This document shows, piece by piece, positions 52,657 to 64,000 of a stretch of DNA of 64,000 nucleotides. The notes beneath the pieces are model-generated. The model had not been told where the DNA came from. It ran no database searches and saw only the letters and a list, made by a program, of their open reading frames with translations. The position numbers and the translations under genes are program-made. Every line of letters starts with the position of its first letter. Within the stretch, counting starts at the first letter, position 1. Origin of the DNA: Haliotis rubra (lineage: Eukaryota); contig NW_025766967.1 in assembly GCF_003918875.1 (NCBI RefSeq), positions 434,001-498,000 on the forward strand, read 5' to 3'.

Positions 52657-53664
52657 ATTGGTTAGTAAAGGTCACGGTAGTTTGTTGTTTAATTGATATC
52701 GGCCCATTGGTGAAATAAGATAACAGCAAAGCGCTTGTTTTATCTTCAGCAGCCCACGCTTGTTTTGTTCATCACATCCCAAGTGTGTTCATTAATGCCA
52801 GTCACTGTCCAGAGTATCTGGTCCAGGTTATATTCATTAAAGCTAACCGCCGTGTAACTCGAACATTGCTATCTACGGTGTTAAAAACAAACAAACTGAG
52901 ATTGAAATCCTTTCAGTTAAAGAGTATATAAAGTCATATTCTCATTGTACATGGATAATAAAGTGACATAACTATTACACAATCGCAAAGTTCACTGTAT
53001 GACTCCGCCGTGATATTGCTGAAATATTCCTAATGGCGGCGTAAAACCATACTCACTCACTCGTTGTATAACCCCCTCTAATCTCAAGATATTATGGACT
53101 ATTTGTTCAATCCATGGTGTTAACTTTGGTAAAAATGATTGCGGCAATTGAAAAGTGTTATATACGTCACTGACCAAAGGGAAACTCGCTGATGCAAAGT
53201 ATTTAAAGAATGGGAAGAGAAAACATATTTTATTGTCGATGAAAAAGTACCCAGGAAATTTCGAAACGGTAAATTGATCTAAATATATTTTCAATATGCA
53301 GTACGTGAGAATGGTATTGTTAGTAATGAGAAGCGTGGCCTTCATGAATCATGACCTACTATTTGTTGACGACGATGTGATACAGTGGGGTTTCTTGCGG
53401 CGTGGGCAGTGACAGTGTAGTTTCATTTTCACAGCGATACAACAGCGTCCCCGGTGAATACACTCAGGGAATACACACAGCGAATAGTGTTGAGGGTACA
53501 AACTGCAATCCTTCCAAGTCAGATGACAATGAAACAACATGTATCGTCACTATATGACAGTGAGACGTGCTCATGTTATGGTAGGAATCGTACAGTGAAC
53601 TAATTTCATCAGCTATCTGACGATTATAGAAATCTTCCTCATCTCTTTGTCTGTTGGCTGTAGG

Positions 53665-53911
53665 GCCCGTAACGATCCGGTTTTAGAACTGATTTTCAGT
53701 AACCCATGCTTGTCGTAAGAGGCGACTAACGGGATCCGGTGGCCAGGCTTGCTGACTTGGTTGACATATGTCATCGGTTCCTAATTGCGCAGATCGATGC
53801 TCATGTTGTTGATCACTGGATTGTCCGGTCCAGACTCGATTATTTACAGACCGCCGCCATATAGCTGGAATATTGCTGAGTGCGGCGTAAACCTAAACTC
53901 ACTCACTCACT
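53665..53911 (+). mobile_element. SINE family B
   Basis: Full-length match, (ACTC)n tail. Confidence 0.88.
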
Positions 53912-54324
53912 TATTTATATGGCTGATAAATAATGGGTTTAAATGACTATAAACGAACTGCCCAAACATGACTAACAATCTAAATATCATATCTCTGTGT
54001 CGTCAACATTGGACCTTTCATAATTATGATTATAATGAGATTACAATGATTGTTTTTTAACCTTCGTCCTTCTGTCGGGTGAATGTCACGAATCAGGAAG
54101 TCGGGTTCACGTGGCGTACTATACCTTGCACTGAAATCGTGATAGTTATTCTAATTTTCGTGATTGTTATCACCGTCCTGCATAAAAATAATTATATCAG
54201 ATTACCTTGATAAACCTTCATATGAGGGGTAGGTTCACATTATATACATTGTACTTGTCACTCCGAGAGTTCACCTAATCATTTTGTCTGTCACCTTGCA
54301 GATTTAGACGACGACCGAACACGA

Positions 54325-54501
54325 GTGAGTGTGTGAGTGAGTGAGTGAGTTCAGTTTTACGCCGCTTTTAACAATATTCCAGCGATATCACGGCAGGGGA
54401 CACCAAATATAGGCTTCCCACATTGTACTCATGTGGGGAATCGAACCCGGGTCTTCGGCGTGACGAGCGAACGCTTCAACCACTAGGCCACCCCGCCGCC
54501 C
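54325..54501 (-). mobile_element. SINE family A
   Basis: Family match. Confidence 0.85.
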
Positions 54502-56725
54502 ACGACAACACGAACTGGTACAAATGAGGAATAACAACTAGGGTGTTGATTATTTATAGCTTACGATAAATGTATGTTATACAGACAAAAAGCTATTCTT
54601 GTAAACTGCCATGTGTTATTCTTTATATACAGTTGATCAAAAAGAGATAGCGAAATGATTGTACACGCAATAGACTCTTGCACACGATTGCTTAGACGTT
54701 GTAACAGTTCGGGGCAAACCTGTACTTAATTATACAATACATTGGGGGTTGAGTGTCCTACATTTATTTTCTACTTTCGAGTCATACAGAAAACAAATAG
54801 AAAAACGATGGTGTCGGTGACCTAAATTAACCATCCTCGTTCAGGGCTAACTGACACGCTTCTCTTGTAATCAAGGGTTTGTGTACGAGAGGGGTCGGAA
54901 GGTACAACGTTCGATCAAGATACAGACGTATTGTAAATATACTAGTTTATCCAATGTTAGGTCATTCTTTGGGTTAAAATCGTGACACTTCCTGGTGTGT
55001 ATCAGACAGTATCTGATAACCGGTGTGAACTCACTTGAAGCACGTCATTTTAGTAATTTGTCAGCCAGAAGCAACAACAATTGAATAATGGTGACAAACA
55101 GGTAATTGCAGATGAATTATGAAATGTTTGACGTTTCGTGTTTTAAATAGCACAAGATGAAAGCCACAGCGGGGCGTTTGGTGATGGGTGACGGGTGTTG
55201 TGTGTGTATGTGCGAGGAGGAGAGTGGTCTGAGGCGGAGGGTGGAGGAGGTAGTTGGGAGGGGGAGGGTTGAAGGAGATAGTTGTGAGGCCTGTAGAGTG
55301 AAGTAAGTGGGTCGGCAGTAAGGAGGAGAGTGAGGTGGTGTGAGGATGTAGCATGAAGGGGAAGGGAGCTGCTGCTGCGACTACTGCTCCTGCTACAGCT
55401 GCTGTTACTCCTCCTAATCCTACTACTACTACTCCTACTTTCACATATCGGGTGTCCCCCGCCGTCATATTGCTGGAATATTGCTAAACCTAAACTCACT
55501 CACTCACTCACCATTATAATGTATACATCTTAATATTTTTACTTGTGCATTAAATTCTGACGATGACTTCCGTTGCTATATGGACTGCTATTGTCTTAAA
55601 AGGTTTGACGGGTATGTCAAAACGCATGTTTACGAAATAAACAAACGGAAAACGGTAATGCAGACATATTTTATTAATTCTAAAGCGTGGCCAGAGGAAA
55701 CATATATGATCTATAAATTCTAAATATCAATCATATATTCACATATTTACAAGCAAGATTTCAAACAATGTTTTGACATCTTTGATAATTCGCTTTACTA
55801 CTTTGCGTGTATTCCAGTGTTTGGCACAAACGTCATGCACGCAAGATCTAAAGGTGAAGAGATCGATAAGTAGGCTGTTGCGTCCTGGCTATGTTTATGG
55901 GGGTGGAGTTAGGGTTTTGGGGTGTGATGTACAGAGAGAGCATAACCATGATTTCAAGCGATGGCCAAAACATGTTCCCATGTCCTTCACTATTTGAATA
56001 CTGAGTCGGCCCTTTAGTGAAAGTGAGAATGGGTTTGGTCTTATGCCCCTTTCGGCAATTTTAGACCCTTGAGCGTTAGCTTTCATGTTGCTGACAACAT
56101 GATTTAATGACTCGAACCTTCGATCACGCCATTTTTGCTCGACTCCGAGAAAACGTTCAACTCATGAATAAAAAGAAGATGAACTCGAGAATAAAAGAAG
56201 ATGTAACCCAGAAAAATCTCTATGTTCATCATGGAATATAGGCGTGATTTCCGATGTCTTATGTGAAGCACTTCGTGCCGCTTATTGTTGGAACCAACTC
56301 CTGTATGTCTCCGGTTCATTCAAGCATCCCGCCTGGTCTTGGTTGATTATGCGTCAAACAGGGGGCGCCACCTTTTAACACGGGATGGTGTTCATGTTAT
56401 CAGTCACCAGGATCCTGTTCTTGCGGATCCCGATTGTGTGTGTCGGGTTTGCGTACCACAGCATATTTATGACTCCTAGTCTCTAACCGAAGACAAAGAC
56501 CAGAACTAAATAATATGCAGTTTCTTATATTAAATGAACACGAAAAGCAAGTTTCGTGAAGTACGTGTTCCCTTGCAACATATTACACCATGATGAAGTA
56601 CGCACCTTTTTCTACAACCTCTTTCACAGATCACTGGATTTTCTGGCCCGGGTTGTTGTATTACCCCATCAACTTCTAAATGCCTATCAAACATCTGATC
56701 ACACTGAGTCGGTCACTACGGGTCG

Positions 56726-59682
56726 TTATAGTTTTCTTACACCGAAAAATGTACGCATGGATTGTTTGTGAACTGACAAGACATCAGAAACTTTGACGGC
56801 GACTCGGTCATTCTTGCGCATGTCCAAGATGGCTGACAGGAAGCTGGTTTGATATTTCTCATGTGCGGAGTAGCTGTTGCTGTTAACCAGAAGAGTTACC
56901 TCCCCTAGGTTCGGTTGTTTCGGATGTTCACGGACAATCTGGTGCAAGAATACTTTGTCTTTATTTGTGTTCGTCTGCCGCCTGTATGTCACGTGAGAAT
57001 ATACGTGATATCGACCTTTTGACGGTATATGAATATGGCCATTTTGATATTTAACACCAGATATGTAGGCGAAGCCGGTCCGTCCACGGTCATACCAAGG
57101 CAGAGTGGTACCTGGAGACCAAAGGTCGTCATAGATCAATATGTATTAATTTACTGATACATGAGTCAAAATGCATCTAATACGCCTGATGGATTCTGTA
57201 TCGCTGGTTAATCGAGAAATATATACTAGGCGTATGGTGCTCCACAGGATGAAAATAACAGCAAATACCAAAACAAAATATTACCTTTCGCAGCACTCCC
57301 TAACAAACATACAAAGCAACTAGTAAAAAAATAAAAATAAATGAAAACCATACACCAAGCAAAAAATAAATCATTATGAAATAAAGTATAGAAACGTATA
57401 ATATACGTGTGGTCATGTTTACAGATTGCTAATGACCCGAGTTTGGAGTGCCCCAAGCCTTCCTGGTTTACCCTTGTTTAGGATTCAGTTTGTACAGCCA
57501 GAATACCTGGAAGATTTCGTGACGCAATGAACTTTACCCGCACGTGTCAATCAGTATGCAACAAGGAAGAGTCAAACACGATCATGGTAACAAAGACACT
57601 GAAGTCGTGAAAAAGGACCTCTATTTTTAGCAACACTTGATGTCTATACATTTGATTTTGTGATCTTTGAACTGGTAAAATATTTTCTTTTATGTATGGA
57701 TCGTATTTAAAGATAATCAACCTACGTCTGTAGCCCCGTCATATGTCTTTGTGTAAAATCATGTCATGTTCTAGTACTGACACAACTCACCCTACATTCT
57801 GAACGGTCTATACTCCTAACTGTCTATACTCCTAACGGTACATTCTCCTAACTGGCTATACTCCTAACGGTACATTGTCCTATCTGTCTATACTCCTAAC
57901 GGTACATTGTCCTAACTGTCTATACTCCTAACGGTACATTGTCCTATCTGTCTATACTCCTAACGGTACATTGTCCTCACTGTCTATACTCCTAACGGTA
58001 CATTGTCCTATCTGCCTATACTCCTAACGGTGCATTGTCCTAACTGTCTATACTCTTAACGGTACATTGTCCTAACTGTCTATACTCCTAACGACACATA
58101 CTCCTATCTGTCTACACTCCTAACGGTACATTGTCCTAACGGTCTATACTCCTAACGGTGCATTGTCCTAACGGTATATACTCCTAACGACACAAACTCC
58201 TTACGGTCTATACTCCTAACGGTACATACTCATAACGGTCTACACTCCTAACGGTACATTGTCCTAACGGTCTACACTCCTAACGGTGCATTGTCCTAAC
58301 GGTCTATACTCCTAACGTTGCATTGTCCTAACGGTACATAATCATAACGGTCTATACACCTAACGGCCTACACGCCTAGCGGTCTATACTCTAACGACCG
58401 CTACTGCTAACGGCACATACTCTTAACGGTACATATTCACAATTACAAAAGTTATCACAATGTAACAGTGTACGAATCACAACTATGACAGCTGTATTTA
58501 ATGCATCGCCATTTCTTCCTTGTTTCATTTTAAGTGAGGTGAGGTGAAATTGGGTTTAACGTCGTACTTGAGAATATTTCGCTCATATGACGACGTGCAT
58601 GCGTGTGTATATCTGGCTGCTTGTACTAACCCAGAATTAAGCTGGTTTTATAGTGCTAGCTCACTGAGATACCATGTCGCAGTTAAACATGAATACCCCA
58701 CTCAGACACATTATACTGACTCCGAGCCGACCAGTCCTTGTTTTACCCATCACTGCCGAGCGCCAGACAGGGACCAACAAGTACCATATGTTAACGTCTT
58801 TTGGTATGACGCGGCCGGAGATCGAACCCGCGACCTTCTGCTCTCCGGGCGGACGCTCAAACCAGGGCGGTCTCATTTTAGGGCCATCATCAAAGATGGT
58901 TGCATATTTTTGCTTAACAGTTCAAATGTTTACAATACACACTTTACTGGCCATAACTTCCGTCGTTATTCATAGTAATTATGTATATGGTAACGGACCG
59001 TTTCTTGGCGCCGGATCCAGATACAGATGTGCTCCAGTTGTTCCCTTCATCCACGAGGATGTAACCCTGGATGTAACAGGTGCATCCTCTGTAACATACA
59101 GGAATTACAATTAATCAAGGTCCGTGATCACACCTAAACCTAACCCCTGATTCATACTGTCAGTGTTATTATATTATTGTAACTCCCATATTTAACACTG
59201 ACTTAGGACGGTCGTAACGCTAAAATCGCTTTGTCCTGTGTTTCTCAATAAGATTATTGAAATCCATCTTCTCAAATGTGTCATTTGACAATAATGCTAC
59301 ACGTATCAATTTTTATTAAAATAAATTAGTTTTTTAACTTCAAGAGTTGCCGAAATTGATGAAAAGAAACAGCGTACAAGAAATGGTAAAAATCGTTTGC
59401 ATTTTTACATTGCTATATCATACATAGATAACAAATGTTACGATATTGACGCCAGAGAATATTATTGATTACCTTTTCCCTTGTATATTGCCCTCGCCAT
59501 CTGCATAAACAGAGAACAAGCTTGGATATTTTTCGATATACTTGAATACCACATATATATACTAAGTCTTGTTTTGTGAATATGCATGATTGAAATAAAT
59601 TATGCATTTTCATAACACCTCAAATAATGCTACAATGCATGGCAATACATTTTTGTGAGTGTATATATGCATATATACATGC

Positions 59683-59726
<44 letters not shown>

Positions 59727-60230
59727 GTGCGCGCGTGTGCATGTATGAGTGTGTTCATGTGTGTGTTTATGTTTGTGCGTGTAAATCCTGCCCAGCACAA
59801 TACGACCAATTTAAATGTTTGCAGGTTTGCCACAAACACACAAAGGCAGTTCAATTGATCAGTCGCAAAAAAAGCACAGGAAAACATAGTTTCCAACATA
59901 AACGCACACCTGTTGAAATGTTGGAGAAAGCTCATCCATTTCTTTCAGGCAACAGAACGTATCTTTCTCTACTCTCCCCACACTGTAGAGCGTGTCGTTG
60001 GATTCGATCCTGGGCCCAAGATAATCGCAAACAAAACACACAGCGCCGGTTTCAGCAACAGGGTTGAGTAGAGGAACATCTGTATCCTTCTTCAACACTA
60101 CGAAGATTACCAGTGTCACAACAGTTACATTGACAACAAGGGATGCTACCACGCTGATACGGAGAAATATGGGTCCACACACGGGCACATCAGCTCTGTT
60201 GGATTTTATGAACTCCGTGGATTCCGACAT
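56726..60230 (-). CDS. TNF-superfamily ligand TNF-6, 274 aa; exons 60230-59910, 59500-59473, 59088-58999, 57111-56726
   Basis: TM ISVVASLVVNVTVVTLVIFVVL, CFVC..CC, 28-nt micro-exon MARAIYKGK, GAHLYL, LPW, GVKYQNGHIHIPSKGRYHVYSHVTY, TSFLSAILDMRKNDRVAV, TFFGVRKL. Phases 0,1,1. The exon 3 donor (gtccgt) is weak. Confidence 0.9.
57800..58432. repeat. 32-bp minisatellite built from two related 16-bp subunits, in TNF-6 intron 3
   Basis: ctatactcctaacggt + acattgtcctaactgt repeated. Confidence 0.92.
58534..58872 (-). mobile_element. SINE family C, near full length
   Basis: tRNA-like head at the right end, (CACCT)n tail, tcatttta on both flanks. Confidence 0.88.
59655..59782. repeat. Compound (AT)n(GT)n microsatellite
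   Basis: Direct reading. Confidence 0.9.
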
Positions 60231-60801
60231 GTTGAATGAAGACACAGACTGGTTGATCGCCTTTTCATACAGAAGTCTACCTGAATGTTCACCCGACTTC
60301 CTAGTTGATTGGGTATTTTAGCTACCCGAGCAGTCTACGTCTCTGACATGGAAAAACCGCACAGAGAGTTGTCTTCCTGCTTGAATCCCGGTGTAGCGTT
60401 GTACTCCCTGTTCACTGTGTTATCATGTCAAGTACTGAGGGACGGCGAGCAGACTGTGACTATAGACTTCTGTTGTGTATGTTGCGTAAGCGATTGAGAA
60501 AAACAGATGTCTGTATAAGGAACATAAAGGCTGGACTCGAACATATAGAAGACGCTCTTACTGAGAAATATGCTCTACTTGGAATTGCTACTTTCTTCTC
60601 GCGTACTGCGATACGAAACAGGAGTCCTTGAGGCTGTTTTAAAGGCACTTAACCACACTATTTTCCTTTCAGATTTATGGACATCACTGGGGCCTCTTGT
60701 CTGAATGAACAGTTTTAAATGGAGTTATTGGGGCATGCAGGCATAAAATGCGTACTTGCATAGTACGTACATAAATGTATACAAACATGCATCCATGCGT
60801 A

Positions 60802-61259
60802 NNNNNNNNNNNNNNNNNNNNNNNNNNNNNNNNNNNNNNNNNNNNNNNNNNNNNNNNNNNNNNNNNNNNNNNNNNNNNNNNNNNNNNNNNNNNNNNNNNN
60901 NNNNNNNNNNNNNNNNNNNNNNNNNNNNNNNNNNNNNNNNNNNNNNNNNNNNNNNNNNNNNNNNNNNNNNNNNNNNNNNNNNNNNNNNNNNNNNNNNNNN
61001 NNNNNNNNNNNNNNNNNNNNNNNNNNNNNNNNNNNNNNNNNNNNNNNNNNNNNNNNNNNNNNNNNNNNNNNNNNNNNNNNNNNNNNNNNNNNNNNNNNNN
61101 NNNNNNNNNNNNNNNNNNNNNNNNNNNNNNNNNNNNNNNNNNNNNNNNNNNNNNNNNNNNNNNNNNNNNNNNNNNNNNNNNNNNNNNNNNNNNNNNNNNN
61201 NNNNNNNNNNNNNNNNNNNNNNNNNNNNNNNNNNNNNNNNNNNNNNNNNNNNNNNNNNN
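60802..61259. other. Assembly gap (N run)
   Basis: Ns. Confidence 0.99.
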
Positions 61260-61760
61260 ATATGTGAACTGAGACAATTAAAGTGTTACTATTAGTTTTG
61301 AAGGTCATACTTGTGTGCGTGCTTGCGTGCGTGCGTGTGCGTGCGTGTGCGTGCGTGTTAGCGTACAAGGCCATGTTACGCTTACTGACGTGCCGGATGT
61401 CTTTGTCTCCGACTGAACTATCCTGAATTACAGCCGACAATATTAATGTGAGCACCGCAGGAGCAAGTACATTCATGGTTTTGGTGTTGCACGTCACTAC
61501 GTTTCTAGGGAGTAGATTTGAAAACCGAATTCCATATTGCTTGGTTTGATTTTCACATCTAATCAGCTATATCATTGTATTATTACGCATCACTGATATT
61601 ACCAAGACAGAGGATGGTCAGCAGGAACTGTACCAGTTGTGATGTCACACGAAACCACTATATCAGAATGTAATTTATGTTTTAATATACCTTTTATTAC
61701 ATTTACAATATCTTACATTCCTACCTTTCTATTACACTAAACTTCTGTCAAACAATCTAA

Positions 61761-61930
61761 GGGGCGGTGGGGTAGCCTAGTGGTTAAAGCGTTGGCTCGT
61801 CACGCCGAAGACCCGGGTTCGAATCCCCACATGGGTACAATGTGTGAAAGCCCATTTCTGGTGTCCCCCGCCGTGATGTTGCTGGAATATTGCTAAAAGC
61901 GGCGTAAAACCAAACTCAGTCAGTCAGTCA
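61761..61930 (+). mobile_element. Young tRNA-derived SINE family A with 14-bp TSD
   Basis: Box A TAGCCTAGTGG, box B GGTTCGAATCC, (AGTC)n tail, gtcaaacaatctaa on both flanks. Confidence 0.92.
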
Positions 61931-62841
61931 GTCAAACAATCTAACACCTAAATGAGTACCTCTGACTGACAATCTCAATGCTGCATTTGCAACTTATCGA
62001 AACGAACTAACCACAATTTCACTTCGAACCCCACACGTGGCGAAAACGCATGCTTCATGCATGCTCGAGCTTTCTGCGAAGTAAGTTGTTGTCAGGTGTG
62101 TTTGTGCGAACTGTTAGCATGTACACAAACTGAAACCTAATAACACATGTGGTTAACAGTGCGATAAATCAGTACAATGAACGCACAACTAATAGACAAT
62201 AGATTTATCTGGACAATCCCTTTGACCAGAGGACGTCATGGTAACATTTGTATGTGTTTATCTGTTTATGTACATAAATATGTGTACGTGTAAGTATTGC
62301 GGAGTGTTTGTGAGGGAACTTATTTGTGTAACTCCCTGTATGTTTCCATATTCGGGTGTATTTGTGGTGCGGCTTTGCTCGCACACGTCCATGCGTGCGT
62401 GTAGTTCGTAGACAATGTCCAGGGAATAACTGTGTTTGCATGTTGAACCTGTGGCAAGTTCAGTCTATATCAGTAGGAGCATGTAACCTTTCACTGTCGC
62501 TATGAATGAAATAGTCGCCACAAGCAGTATCAATATGTTTCACTCTTCAAATAAGTGTGTAACCTTAACTGAACACTGTTAAACCTTTCTTCGCACAGAA
62601 GTTTTCCTGTCATGCGTTGCTCTTCGGAGTTTGCGACAGTAATACTTTCATGACATATGGCAAAAATAAAACTCATTCAAAGTGTAATGTGGGTGGGAGC
62701 ACGGGCCGTCCAATCATCCATGATGTAGCAATTATATGTGCAGAGTTCCGTCCCTTGGACACACCAGGAACCTAATTACATCTCGCGGGATTTGTCATTG
62801 GTTGCTACTTCCTCACTGCCATGACCAGTCAACGCCACGTA

Positions 62842-63097
62842 TAGTCCGTTTGGCTCAAAACCGGACCTGGCAGTCCTTTTCTCTGCACTCCTCCCTCGTA
62901 ACAAATAGTGAACTGTGTCAATATTTTAATGATAGATTGTTAAACAACTTTTTTATTTTTAGGACAAAATTTCTGCAAAAACCTCACAGAGTTGGTATGA
63001 TGTTTTGATTATGATCAGCGTTCATTGAGTATTTTATGTTTATTAGTTTTCGAGTTAGATTGCAATTCATCGGTCCGATTTTGAGCCAAACGGACTA
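62842..63097. mobile_element. 256-bp TA-flanked MITE
   Basis: TIR TAGTCCGTTTGGCTCAAAA(C/T)CGGACC. Confidence 0.85.
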
Positions 63098-64000
63098 TAC
63101 CTACTGCCTTCCCTTGTGTCCACATTTGCATGCTTTCTTATCACCTTTGCTGTTTTTCCATATATAGCTATCTTGCATTCATTCACCTGATGAGTAAGAA
63201 GATACTCCGAAATATCATATTCCCCACACTACAGAAGTTGACATATATGTTTCCCTCTTTAACAGAAAGCTGTCTTCCATTTGAAGTCTCTTTGACCAGC
63301 ATTCCAGATTTACTTAAACCACACAGTGTCCGTATGGGGGAGAGACCGGAGTCATTCAGGCATTCCAAACCTAGTATCCCGGGCTGGTTAAAGCGTTTTC
63401 TGGGCATATTGTCTCTTCAAATACAGAAGTCCATCAGTGGGTCCACAACACTTTATTCGGCAGCTAAGTATGTAATTACGTGATAGTGCAGCAACGGCCA
63501 GGCAGCATCACAGAGGCGATCGTCAGCCCACCTGCCTAGCCGATGTCCGAGGGTCAAGTCCCGTTACATCCGGAATTCATTGTCTATATACTACTACTGT
63601 CAGGCTGCCCCGTATCGTATTACGATACATGTATGGTCAACCTGCATTATCCAGCATGCACCTCATCCACAATGTTAAACTTCCGTGGCCAACCGGCCAT
63701 ACTCTAAGGTTCATTAGGGTTAATTACACGCAGGCAGCTGATCTGTACATGGCTGTGCTGATGGTCATGATAATAAGCTGCTGATATTTCATGTATATTG
63801 TCAGCACTGTGATTTAGATTTAGATAACACAACTTTAACTTAACTCAGAGAATATACAAACATGTCTATATTTCCCGATAAATCCCATACCCCATCAAAG
63901 TGCCTACGACACTAGCAACATAAACAGTGTGAACTTGGATTGAAACCTACGATCATATTAAGTTTCCTCCCCGAAGGACCTGACCCTTCACAGCGAATTG

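Noticed and set aside
61761-61832. tRNA gene (box A/B and cloverleaf-like head)
   Set aside because: It is the head of a multicopy SINE with body, tail and TSD.
63130-63483. ORFs near the window end
   Set aside because: No recognisable homology; possibly an old retroelement fragment but cannot be supported.

Overview
AT-rich, intron-containing eukaryotic DNA. The SINE families and gene content suggest a mollusc, possibly a gastropod such as abalone (inference, not searched). The window holds two things. (1) The last five exons of a flavin-containing monooxygenase (FMO) gene on + (29-6205), whose NADPH-binding motifs are unusually remodelled. (2) A tandem cluster of six type II transmembrane TNF-superfamily ligand genes (called TNF-1 to TNF-6 here, ~11-60 kb). 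TNF-1 is an inverted pseudogene with three lesions; TNF-2 to TNF-6 lie on the minus strand. A ~3.1 kb duplication copies exons 2-3 of TNF-2. All six genes were spliced by hand using GT/AG sites and consistent phases. All share an intramembrane S-x3-N motif and a juxtamembrane C-x2-C-x24-29-C-C module ending exactly 13 codons before a phase-0 intron. Two genes have strong NF-kB-type sites upstream. The remainder is SINEs (three main families, many with TSDs), Tc1/mariner, hAT and PIF-type MITEs (one nested), two LINE fragments, minisatellites and two assembly gaps.
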